Made by a program: the position numbers and the translations under genes
The notes under the pieces: model-generated
What the model saw: the letters and a program-made list of their open reading frames with translations, nothing else
What the model was told of the DNA's origin: nothing
Database searches by the model: none
Source: an uncultured Acidobacteriota bacterium
Lineage (GTDB): Bacteria; Acidobacteriota; UBA6911
Assembly: GCA_963843575.1 (NCBI GenBank)
Contig: CAWJKZ010000014.1
Location: forward strand, 800,001-864,000
Direction of reading: 5' to 3'
DNA: 64,000 nucleotides
Part shown: positions 1 through 9,056 of the stretch, piece by piece
Layout: each line of letters begins with the position of its first letter
Numbering within the stretch: the first letter of the stretch is position 1

Positions 1-1887
1 CACGATCACGCAGCAGCTCTCCCGCTTGCTGCTGCGGTCGAATGAAAAAACCTTCGATCGCAAGATCAAGGAGCTCCTGATCGCCTGGAAGATCGAAAAG
101 CGTTATTCCAAGCGCCAGATCCTGACCTTGTACTGCAACCAGCACTACATGGGGCACGGCGCCTACGGCGTCGCGGCCGCGGCCGATACCTATTTCGGCA
201 AACAGCTAAAGGACCTGACCGTCGAAGAGTGCGCGATGATCGGTGGGCTGCCCCGCAACCCCACGATCTACTCTCCGCGCCTGCACCCGGACGCGGCGCT
301 CGCCCGGCGCAACTACATCCTCGAGCGCATGGCGGCGGAGCAGATGATCCCGGCGAAAGTGGCCGCCGAGGCCAAGGAGCGCCCGCTCGTCCTGAAGCCC
401 CGCAACCGCGACGTGGAAACCGCACCCTACTTCGTCGAGTGGGTGCGGCAGGCGCTCGCCGACCGGTACTCGACCGAGGCGATCTGGCGCAAGGGTCTGC
501 GCGTCTACACCTCCTTGAACGTCGACATGCAGGCAGCGGCGACAAGTGCGTCTCCGCGAAGGGCTGAGGGTGTACGACAAACGCCACGGCTGGCGGGGGC
601 CCTTGGACAACGTGCTCAAATCCCCTGCGGGCAGCCTCGAGGAATTTTCCCATCCCGACTGGAAAAACCCGCTCCGCGTCGGTGACGTGGTCCCGGGCTG
701 GTCGAAAACGTCGGCGATGCCGACTTGACGGTTCGGATCGGCAGATACCGCGGCGACCGTGGGGCCCAAGGAAATCGCCTGGACGCACGCCAAGACCCCG
801 GGAGCTCTCCTGAAACCCGGGGACCTGGCCTACTTCCAGATCGTCGCGCTCGACGAGGCCGCACAGGAAGGTTTCCGTGACGCTTGGATCAGCTTCCCGC
901 CGTGCAGGGCGCCATGATCACGATCGAGAATTCGACGGGCGAGATCAAGACGATGGTGGGCGGCTACAACTTCGAGACCAGCGAGTTCAACCGCGCGACG
1001 CAGGCGATGCGCCAGGTCGGTTCGACCTTCAAGCCCTTCGTATACGCGACCGCCCTCGAAAGCGGCCTCACCGCCGACAGCACCATCATCGATGCGCCCA
1101 TCAGCTTCACCGACACGCTGGGGCGCGTCTGGCGTCCCGCCAACTACGACGGCAAGTTCAAGGGGCAGATCACGATCCGGCAGGCGCTCACCGAATCCCG
1201 GAACGTACCCACCATCAAGGTCGCCTCACTGGTCGGGAATCAAGAACGTGGTCGTGATGGCCCGGCGGTTCGGCCTGGCCGGGCCGATGGAGCCGTACCT
1301 TCCCCTGGCCATCGGGGCCTGCGAGGCCACGCCGCTGGAAATGGCTTCCGCGTTCACCGTCTTCCCAAACCTCGGATTGCAGCCGAAACCATTCTTCATC
1401 CGCAGGATCGAAGACTACGACCGCGCGAAGAAAGAGGAAACCCAGCCGCAATTGAAAAAAGTCCTGGAGCCCGGAGACGGCAGATGCGATGCTCGCGCTG
1501 CTTCAGAATGTGGTGCAGAACGGGACGGCCACGGCGGCAAAGTCGCTGGGCCGGCCCCTGGGAGGCAAAACGGGTACGACGAACGACTTCACCGACGCCT
1601 GGTTTGTCGGCTTCAGCCCGTCCTACACCACCGCGGTCTGGGTGGGATTCGACGCGAAGGTCTCGCTGGGCAACAAGGAAACGGGCGCCGTGGTCGCGCT
1701 ACCGATCTGGATCAAGTACATGGCGGCCGTGCTGAAGGACAAGCCCGTCGAGCAGTTTCCCGTTGCGGAGCCGACCAACGAACTGCTGACCAGCGGGGAA
1801 CACACAGACGCCGCGCCGCTGCCGCAGAAGAAACTGTTCGTCGAGGAGCTCCCCATCTCCGCGGCCCCCAAGACCAAATCTCCGTGA
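1..1887 (+). CDS. mrcA: Penicillin-binding protein 1A (transglycosylase/transpeptidase), 5'-truncated by window edge, split by several frameshifts
   Basis: Consecutive ORF pieces 26..685, 546..728, 884..1735, 1092..1916, 1489..1887 carry GT51 motifs (RKIKE, YCNQHYMGHGAYGV) and transpeptidase motifs (RQVGSTFKPF = SxxK, SRN, GKTGTTND = KTG). Confidence 0.92.
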
Positions 1888-1940
1888 CCAAGCCAAGTGG
1901 CGCAGCGCCGTGGTGAGGTCTCCTGGTCCGACCTGCAAAC

Positions 1941-2930
1941 CTACCGGTCGCGTTCGATGATGTAGTCGGGGATCGACATGAGGGCGGTGCGGGCGGGGCA
2001 ATCGGGGAAGCCGGAAAGGTGCCCCTTCGCCTGGTAGGCAAAGTCCTGCGCCTTATTCAGCACGCGTTCCATGGTCCGGTGCTCTTTCAGGAGCTGCAGG
2101 ATCAGGTCCTTCGCTTCGGTGCCGCAGCCGTTGTCGCTCAGCGCGGCGCGGATGAGTTCCCGGTGCTCGAGCCCGCCGCGTTCCATCAGGTAAATCAGGG
2201 GGAGGGTGAGCTTCCCTTCCTTCAAATCGTTCCCGACCGGCTTGCCGAGCGCCGACTCGGTCGAGGTGAAGTCCAGGAGGTCGTCGACCAGCTGAAAGGC
2301 AATCCCCACGTTCAAGCCGTACTGCCTGAGAGCCTCCTGTTGTAGCGGGGCTCGCGCTGCCCAGGATGGCGCCGATCTGAGAACACGCGGAAAACAGGAA
2401 GGCCGTCTTGCGCATGGATATGTCGAGGTACTGCTCTTCGGTGACATCCAGGCTGCCGTTTGTGGTGAGCTGGATGAGTTCGCCCTCGACCATCTTGCGG
2501 GTGACAATCCGTCAGGATGTCCATGATCTGGAGCTGTCGCTCTCCGAGCGCGATTTTAAAGGAAGTCATGTAGAGCCAGTCGCCCATCAGGACAGTGATC
2601 TCGTTGCCCCACCGGGCGTTGACGGAGGCGCGGCCGCGCCGCACCCGCGCGTCGTCGATGATGTCGTCGTGCACGAGCGTGGCGGCGTGGATGAGCTCCA
2701 CGACGGCGGCCAGCCGATAGCAGACGGGCCCCTCGTAGCCGGACATCTGCGAGGAAAGCAGCAGGAGGGCGGGGCGGATGCGCTTGCCGCCGCTCGCCTG
2801 GATGTAGCGACCGATGTGATCGATGAGCTGGATGTTCGAGCTCGAGTGGCAGGCGAGCTCCTTTTCCACCTCCGACAGCCCGTGTTCGACTAGTCTGTAG
2901 ATCGCTCGTGGATTCAATTGGCTCTTCTTC
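1941..2930 (-). CDS. ispB: Polyprenyl (octaprenyl/heptaprenyl) diphosphate synthase, frameshifted; start approximate
   Basis: GGKRIRP, FARM (LVHDDIIDDARVRRG) and SARM (FQLVDDLLD), GNDLKEGK spread over three ORFs (2312..2974, 2053..2493, 1941..2507). Confidence 0.88.
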
Positions 2931-3084
2931 TCGACCCTTGTCGGCCTGTGCCTCCGAACGCGAGATCTTACCACAGGTTCGTGGCTGCGTCTGCGCGCAA
3001 GGTTCGGGGCACCCTACCCGGGATCGGGGACTCGGATCAGGCGCCGCAGGTTGGCCGTCGTCCGGCACGCCAGTGTCTCGTAGC

Positions 3085-3801
3085 TCAGCCCCAACACCTC
3101 GAAAGGCCGCGCGCCACGTCGATCACGAAGGCAGGTTCGTTGCGTCTTCCCCTGTGCGGGACCGGGGCCAGATACGGGGAGTCGGTTTCCACGAGGAGCC
3201 GGTCCAGGGGAATCGTCCGGGCCGCCGCCCGGAGTGCGCCGGCATTCTTGAAGGTGACCATTCCGGAAAAGGAGATGAGGAAGCCCATGTCCGCGCACTC
3301 GCGCGCCTGCTCTCCGGTACCCGTGAAGCTGTGCAATATGCCCGAGCGCGAAGCGTGGCGCCACTCCTGACGCAGGGTCTCCACCAAGTCCGGCCAGGCG
3401 TCGCGGCAGTGGAGAGACACAGGGATGCCGCGGTCCGCGGCAAGCCGGAGTTGACGCCGGAACACCTCGAGTTGGGCATCCCGCGGGGAGTGGTCGTAGT
3501 AGTAGTCCAGCCCGATCTCCCCCCACAACACGACCTTCGGGTGTCGTGACCACCGCTCCATGCGCTGCCAAAGGGCTTCGTCGGCAAGGCGGGCGTCGTG
3601 AGGATGTACACCCACTCCGGCGTGCACAAAGTCGTACGCCTCGGCCAGCTCCAGGGTCGTCTCGATCGAACGGTCGTCGGGGCTCGCGGTGCCGATGGTC
3701 AGGATCAGCTCCACTCCCGCCGCGCGGGCGCGGCGGACGACATCGTCCCTGTCGGCATCGAACTGGGGCATGTCCAGGTGCGCGTGCGAGTCTGCGATCA
3801 T
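3085..3801 (-). CDS. tatD: TatD family metal-dependent DNase (3' end probably frameshifted, true stop near 3014)
   Basis: DSHAHL, GVHPH, GEIGLDY, LHCRDA, LHSFTG, ETDSPYLAP, RNEP motifs. Confidence 0.93.
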   Translation of the reverse strand: MIADSHAHLDMPQFDADRDDVVRRARAAGVELILTIGTASPDDRSIETTLELAEAYDFVHAGVGVHPHDARLADEALWQRMERWSRHPKVVLWGEIGLDYYYDHSPRDAQLEVFRRQLRLAADRGIPVSLHCRDAWPDLVETLRQEWRHASRSGILHSFTGTGEQARECADMGFLISFSGMVTFKNAGALRAAARTIPLDRLLVETDSPYLAPVPHRGRRNEPAFVIDVARGLSRCWG

Positions 3802-3819
3802 GGCTGCTCCCGCCGAGAG

Positions 3820-4206
3820 CTAGGTCAGGAGTGCGCCGTTGGGCACGTCCTCGGCGAAGGTGGCCAGCACGGGAAGGCCGCCCGGGGCAGTCGCGGCAAC
3901 CACCATGCCGTTGGATTCGAGGCCCATCAACCGCGCCGGTTTGAGGTTGGCCACGATGACCACCTTGCGGTTGACGAGGCTGGCCGCCTCATACGCCTCG
4001 GCGATCCCCGCCACGACCTGCCGCACTTCGCTGCCGAGGTCGACCTTCATCCTCACCAGCTTGCGCGACCCCTGGACTTTCTCTGCTTCGAGCACCTGCC
4101 CGACGCGCATCTCTATCCTCCTGAATTCCTCGATGCCGATCCACTCCGGTGCGGGAGCCGGCTTGGGCGTCTCCGGTCCGGTGTTGGGGGGTTGTTCGTC
4201 GGCCAT
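3820..4206 (-). CDS. Stand-alone tRNA-binding OB-fold protein (MetRS beta subunit / Trbp111 / CsaA-like)
   Basis: IGIEEFRRIEMRVGQVLEAEKVQGSRKL, RQVVAGIA, VANLKPARLMGLESNGM; GGAG RBS before ATG at 4206. Confidence 0.88.
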   Translation of the reverse strand: MADEQPPNTGPETPKPAPAPEWIGIEEFRRIEMRVGQVLEAEKVQGSRKLVRMKVDLGSEVRQVVAGIAEAYEAASLVNRKVVIVANLKPARLMGLESNGMVVAATAPGGLPVLATFAEDVPNGALLT

Positions 4207-4266
4207 GGCAGTCACTCCAGTCCTTGTGAGATGTTTTGGGGTTCCACGCGGAAACACGCCGCCCGA

Positions 4267-5511
4267 TCAGCCCGTTCCCTCTTCGTCGAGGAATGCGCGG
4301 GTTGCCGCCGCCAGCACTTCCTTCAGCGGCACGCCCGTCTCGGAAGCGAGTCGCCGGCAATCCTCGTATTCGGGCGCGAAGTTCATGCGCGCTCCGTCCA
4401 GGGAACAGACTTTCACCCGCACGGGACCGTATTCGGTCCGCACCTCGGCGAATCTGCGGTCGAGCGCCCGGCGTTCGGCCCGCGTGTGCCGGATCCCGAT
4501 GGTCGTGGTTTCGGCAAAGACCAGCCGGACGAGGGAGTCGAGACTGCTGACGGCGCACAGCACGGTCACGAGCTGACCGGGGCGGTTCTTCTTCATCTGG
4601 ATGGGCGTGGCATAGACCTCGAGCGCACCCTGCGCCATGGCCCGCTCCTGGAAATAGCCGTAGACCTGCGGGCTCATGTCGTCGATGGTCGCCTCGATGA
4701 CCGCAACTTCCTGGTCGGCGGCGGAAGCCGATTCCGCGAGTTCCTCGCCTGTCGTGACGCGCAGGACATTCGCGCTCCCGGCGACCTCGCGGGCGCCGGC
4801 CCCGTATCCCGTCGCCTGGATCTTCATCAGGGGACGGGGGCCGAATCCTTCCGACAGGGTGACGACGAGAGTGGCTCCGGTCGGGGTGGTCAGTTCTCCC
4901 GTGACCGAGTTGGAATAGGTGGGGACGCCGCGCAGCAGTTCCTGCGCCGCCGGGCCGGGCACGGGGTAGAGCCCGTGCCGGCACTCGAGCGTGCCCTGAC
5001 CGACATTGACGGGAGCGCAGACAATCCTGGCCGGCTGCAGGCCTTCGACCGCGATCATGCAGCCGACGATGTCGACGATGGAGTCCACGGCGCCCACCTC
5101 GTGGAAATGCACCTCATCGGGGGGCTGGTGGTGTATTTTCCCCTCGGCCTCGGCCAGGCGCAGAAAAGCCTCGACGGATTTTGCCTTGACGAAATCGGAA
5201 AGCCCGCTCGACTCAATCATCGTTCGGATCTCCCGAAACGTGCGCTCGTGGCCGCCTTCACCGTGGTGGTGCCCGTGGCCGTGGTGCGGGGAGGGACCGT
5301 CGTGCGGGTCGAGTTCGACGTCGAACTTGGTCGCCTGTATCCCGGCGCGGCTGCACTTTCGGCTCGAGATGCGGTAACCGCGCAGGGGCAGGAACTGGAG
5401 CTGGCGGATCAGCTCTCCGAGATCGAAACCCTGATCGAGCAGGGCGCCGACCATCATGTCGCCGGCGACGCCGGAGAACGGTTCGAGGTAAACGATTCGG
5501 TTTGGGGACAT
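4267..5511 (-). CDS. larC: Nickel pincer nucleotide cofactor biosynthesis protein LarC (nickel insertase)
   Basis: SGVAGDMMVGAL, His-rich loop HHGHGHHHGEGGHER, VHFHEVGAVDSIVDIVG, ELTTPTGA, MKKNRPG, ETTTIGIR, PEYED. Confidence 0.93.
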   Translation of the reverse strand: MSPNRIVYLEPFSGVAGDMMVGALLDQGFDLGELIRQLQFLPLRGYRISSRKCSRAGIQATKFDVELDPHDGPSPHHGHGHHHGEGGHERTFREIRTMIESSGLSDFVKAKSVEAFLRLAEAEGKIHHQPPDEVHFHEVGAVDSIVDIVGCMIAVEGLQPARIVCAPVNVGQGTLECRHGLYPVPGPAAQELLRGVPTYSNSVTGELTTPTGATLVVTLSEGFGPRPLMKIQATGYGAGAREVAGSANVLRVTTGEELAESASAADQEVAVIEATIDDMSPQVYGYFQERAMAQGALEVYATPIQMKKNRPGQLVTVLCAVSSLDSLVRLVFAETTTIGIRHTRAERRALDRRFAEVRTEYGPVRVKVCSLDGARMNFAPEYEDCRRLASETGVPLKEVLAAATRAFLDEEGTG

Positions 5512-5544
5512 TGTCCAGTACCTGTGCGGTGAGGCGCTCACTTA

Positions 5545-5784
5545 GGGTTCGCGCAAGAATAGGTTTACATTTTGGCGCGAGCGCCGGGCGGGCAGATGCC
5601 AGGCGCCGCGACGCAGGCGATGTGGTGACATCGTCGAGGAGCGGCAACGCCGCGGATGCCCGCCCGCCGCCGCGCCCCGGAGGGCTGACGGCTCCGTCAA
5701 TAGCAATCTCCTATCTTTGGTCGCCGCATGATCTGTTGGCTCGCGAGCCGTCAGCAAAATGTGAAATTATTCTTGCGCGAGCCC
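5545..5784. mobile_element. MITE-like 240-bp element with 30-bp terminal inverted repeats
   Basis: 5545-5574 gggttcgcgcaagaataggtttacattttg pairs with 5755-5784 caaaatgtgaaattattcttgcgcgagccc (26/30 by hand); internal hairpins; no transposase. Confidence 0.6.
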
Positions 5785-5966
5785 ATAGAGTACGGTCGTG
5801 AGTTTATGGGCCGACCGGGGCGAAGTCAAGGCGCCCAGAACGGCCTCGGGCACGTGGTCGGGGGCACATCCAGGGTCAGCGGCGCCGTGGCGCGCGCGCG
5901 TTGCATTTCCGCCGGCCCATAGGGTAATGTTTGGGCGTCCAACTCTTACGAGGCCGGCACCCATTC

Positions 5967-7967
5967 ATGCTCACATCCCTGACCCAGAATGTTGAAAGAG
6001 TCCTCCTGCAGAGAATCCTCGAGCGCTACCAGGTTCGGTACGAGCGGCTGAATTTCTCGCTGCCCCCCAAGATCGAAATGGGGGAGCTCGCTCTCCCCAT
6101 CGCCTTCGAGCTGGCGCGCAAGGTCAAGCGCCCGCCCCGGGAAATCGCGCAAGAACTCGCGGACGACGCCCGGAAGGTTCCGGGAATATGGAAGGTGGAT
6201 GTCGCGGGCGCAGGCTATCTGAACCTGTTCATCGACCGCGCGAGCCTGGCTCTTGCGCTCGCTGAAAGCATCGACGGCGGAGGTTTTGGCCGAACGTCGC
6301 CCCCCAAGTTTCCAGGCAAGATCATCGTCGAGCACACGAACATCAATCCCAACAAAGCCGCCCACATCGGGCACCTGCGCAACGCGTCCCTGGGGGACTC
6401 TTTCGTGCGATGCCTGCGGTTCCTCGACCACACCGTCGAAGTCCAGAATTACCTCGACAACACCGGGGTGCAGGTTGCCGACGTCGTCGTTGGGTTGGAG
6501 CGGATGCAGGGCCAGACGCTCGAGCAGGTCGCGGCCATCGAGGGGAAATTCGATTACTACTGCTGGGATGTATACGCACGCGTCTCCGGGTTCTACGGCC
6601 GGTCGCCGGAGAACAAGAAGCTGCGCAGCGTCACGATGCAGGCGATCGAAGGCGGCGACAATCCCACCGCGGAACTGGCCCAGCACGTCGCGATGCGCGT
6701 CGTCCGCGCGCACCTCGCTACCATGAGACGCATCAACGTGGAGTACGACCTCCTGCCGCGCGAAAGCGAAATCCTGCACCTGCACTTCTGGGAGCGCGCG
6801 TTTGAACTGCTGAAGGAACGTGGCGCGATCTATTTCGTGGAGGAGGGAAAAAACCGGGGCTGCTGGGTGATGAAGACAGGCGGGCCGGCCGAAACCGGCG
6901 ATGGCGAGGCCAGCCGGGAGGAACTCGAGGACGACGAGAAGATCATCGTCCGGTCCGACGGGACGGTCACCTACGTCGGGAAGGATATTGCCTACCAATT
7001 GTGGAAATTCGGGCTTCTCGGGCTCGACTTCCATTACCGCCCTTTCGAGAGCCAGGACGGGCACGGCGTCTGGATCACCGCGACCGAGAGCTTGCCGGGG
7101 GTTGAGTCACCCGCCTTTGGCCGAGGGCGGCGTGTCTACAACGTCATCGACGTGCGCCAGTCCTACCTGCAGCAGATCGTGCTGCAGGGGCTCCGGGCAC
7201 TCGGCTACGAGGACGAGGCGCGGAATTCGATACACTTCTCGTACGAAATGGTGGCCCTCAGCCCCGCGTGCTGCGAGGATCTCGGATACGACCTTTCCGA
7301 AGAGGACAAGAAGCGGCCGTATGTCGAGGTATCCGGACGCAAGGGACTCGGGGTCAAGGCGGACGACCTCCTGGACCAGCTCCTGTCGAAAGCGCTCGCC
7401 GAGGTGCGCGCGCGGCCGATCGGACGCGAGCTCCCCGATGAGGATGCCGCCGCTGTCGCCCAATCCATCGCGGTGGGCGCGCTCCGCTATTTCCTCCTCC
7501 GGTTCGCCCGCAACACCGTCATCGCCTTCGATTTCAAGGAAGCCTTGAACTTCGACGGGGAAACGGGCCCCTACGTGCAGTACGCCGTCGTGAGGGCCAA
7601 CAACATCTTCCGCAAGCTCGCCGAAACCGGGCCGGCCAACCCGCCCCGGCGCGCCGACGTGGATGAAGACGCGTTGCGCGAATTCTTCGCGGCCTCGGAC
7701 GACATCTGGGAACTCGTGTACCTGGCGGCGCGTCTGCCCGAAGTCGCAAGACAGGTCACCACCTCGCTGGAAATGTCACAGCTCTGCAAATACGCCTACG
7801 CGCTGGCCCAGAAATTCAACCTTTTTTACCAGAAACCGAGCTGCAGAATCCTCGCCGAAACGGATGCCGAAAGAAAAAAACACCTGCTTCTGGTCGTGGA
7901 CGTGGTCCGCCGCCAACTGGAAAAGGCGCTCAATCTCCTGGGGACCGATGTCCCCCGCATGATGTAG
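5967..7967 (+). CDS. argS: Arginine--tRNA ligase (archaeal/Thermus-like type)
   Basis: EHTNINPNKAAHIGHLRN (HIGH), VIDVRQ, VSGRKG, GETGPYVQYAVVRA, C-terminal VPRMM. Confidence 0.95.
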   Translation: MLTSLTQNVERVLLQRILERYQVRYERLNFSLPPKIEMGELALPIAFELARKVKRPPREIAQELADDARKVPGIWKVDVAGAGYLNLFIDRASLALALAESIDGGGFGRTSPPKFPGKIIVEHTNINPNKAAHIGHLRNASLGDSFVRCLRFLDHTVEVQNYLDNTGVQVADVVVGLERMQGQTLEQVAAIEGKFDYYCWDVYARVSGFYGRSPENKKLRSVTMQAIEGGDNPTAELAQHVAMRVVRAHLATMRRINVEYDLLPRESEILHLHFWERAFELLKERGAIYFVEEGKNRGCWVMKTGGPAETGDGEASREELEDDEKIIVRSDGTVTYVGKDIAYQLWKFGLLGLDFHYRPFESQDGHGVWITATESLPGVESPAFGRGRRVYNVIDVRQSYLQQIVLQGLRALGYEDEARNSIHFSYEMVALSPACCEDLGYDLSEEDKKRPYVEVSGRKGLGVKADDLLDQLLSKALAEVRARPIGRELPDEDAAAVAQSIAVGALRYFLLRFARNTVIAFDFKEALNFDGETGPYVQYAVVRANNIFRKLAETGPANPPRRADVDEDALREFFAASDDIWELVYLAARLPEVARQVTTSLEMSQLCKYAYALAQKFNLFYQKPSCRILAETDAERKKHLLLVVDVVRRQLEKALNLLGTDVPRMM

Positions 7968-8435
7968 ATGATGCCCTGGTCGTTGCTCTCTCTTTGCCTG
8001 ATGCTCGCCCCGGTCGTGCAAGCGCAATCGAGCGGCGCTCCGGATGCACCCTGCCTTCTGCCGGCCGAAGAGCTCAGGCTGCAAAGGGAGCCGAAACTCG
8101 ACAACCGGATAAGGATCTACGAAGCCGCTTCCGCCCGCTGCGCCGACTCCGTTCAGCGCGCACTGGCCGCACCTAACCCGCCGCCCGTCTCAGCCGCCCT
8201 TGCCAACTGGATGCAGCTGCTCGAACGGTCGCTCAAGGACGTGGAGAAGACTGCGGACCGCAAGCGGAAATCCAAGGCGCTGATCCGATACGAAATCCAG
8301 CTCCGCAAATCGATCACCGAGGTGCAGGACGCCAAGATGAAGGCGTCGTACGAAGGCATGGAGGAGATCAGCGCCTGGGCCACCCGGGCCGACGCGATCC
8401 GCAAGAGATTTGTGGACATCTTGTTTCAGAGGTGA
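7968..8435 (+). CDS. Hypothetical exported alpha-helical protein
   Basis: ATG directly after argS stop; signal peptide ending VQA; helical charged sequence. Confidence 0.7.
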   Translation: MMPWSLLSLCLMLAPVVQAQSSGAPDAPCLLPAEELRLQREPKLDNRIRIYEAASARCADSVQRALAAPNPPPVSAALANWMQLLERSLKDVEKTADRKRKSKALIRYEIQLRKSITEVQDAKMKASYEGMEEISAWATRADAIRKRFVDILFQR

Positions 8436-8453
8436 GCCACGGAGGTGGTTTCG

Positions 8454-9014
8454 ATGCCGCTCCGCAAAATGAGGCCGACCCTGCTGCTGACCCTGGTGGC
8501 CGCCTGCACGATCTCGGCCCCAGCCCCCGCCCACGAGCCCGCCAAGGAATTCCTCACACCCAAAGAGATCGAGAAGATCCAGGATACCCAGGAGATCGAC
8601 GGCAGGGTGAAGGTCTATCTCGAAGCGGCGGCGCTGCGTCTGAAAACCGCGGAGGACCGCCTGAACGGCAAAGAGTCCGAGCCAGGTGATCCCCTCGAGT
8701 TTTTCAGCGCCGAGGAGATGGTAGACGGCTACTACCAGATTCTCCGCGCCGTCATGCTGAATCTCGACAGCGCATTCCAGAATCAGGCCGTCGAGCGTGA
8801 GAAGATCGGCAAGGCCCTGAAGAATTTGAAAGACAGCACGGAACGAGCGGCCAAGGATCTCGCCATACTGAAAAAAATCGCCGAGGAGAAGAAACGCGAG
8901 GAGATGTGGAACCTGCTGAGCCAGGCGTCGGAGATTACCGAGGGGGCCCGGCAGGGTGCGGAAGCAGGGCTTCGCCAACACCCTGCCCCGTCAAAAGGCA
9001 GGAAAAAACCTTGA
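8454..9014 (+). CDS. Hypothetical exported alpha-helical protein, probable paralog of the upstream gene
   Basis: GGAGG RBS at ~8441; signal peptide; EFLTPKEIEKIQDTQEIDGRVKVYLEAAALR resembles LLPAEELRLQREPKLDNRIRIYEAASAR. Confidence 0.72.
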   Translation: MPLRKMRPTLLLTLVAACTISAPAPAHEPAKEFLTPKEIEKIQDTQEIDGRVKVYLEAAALRLKTAEDRLNGKESEPGDPLEFFSAEEMVDGYYQILRAVMLNLDSAFQNQAVEREKIGKALKNLKDSTERAAKDLAILKKIAEEKKREEMWNLLSQASEITEGARQGAEAGLRQHPAPSKGRKKP

Positions 9015-9056
9015 CGCCGGGCGGCTCCGACGAACCGGGCCAACCCGGCGGTCCGC

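Noticed and set aside
3598-5532. Long antisense ORFs (also 13921..15924, 46962..48851, 61364..63550 and others)
   Set aside because: Shadow ORFs typical of high-GC DNA, lying opposite well-supported genes.
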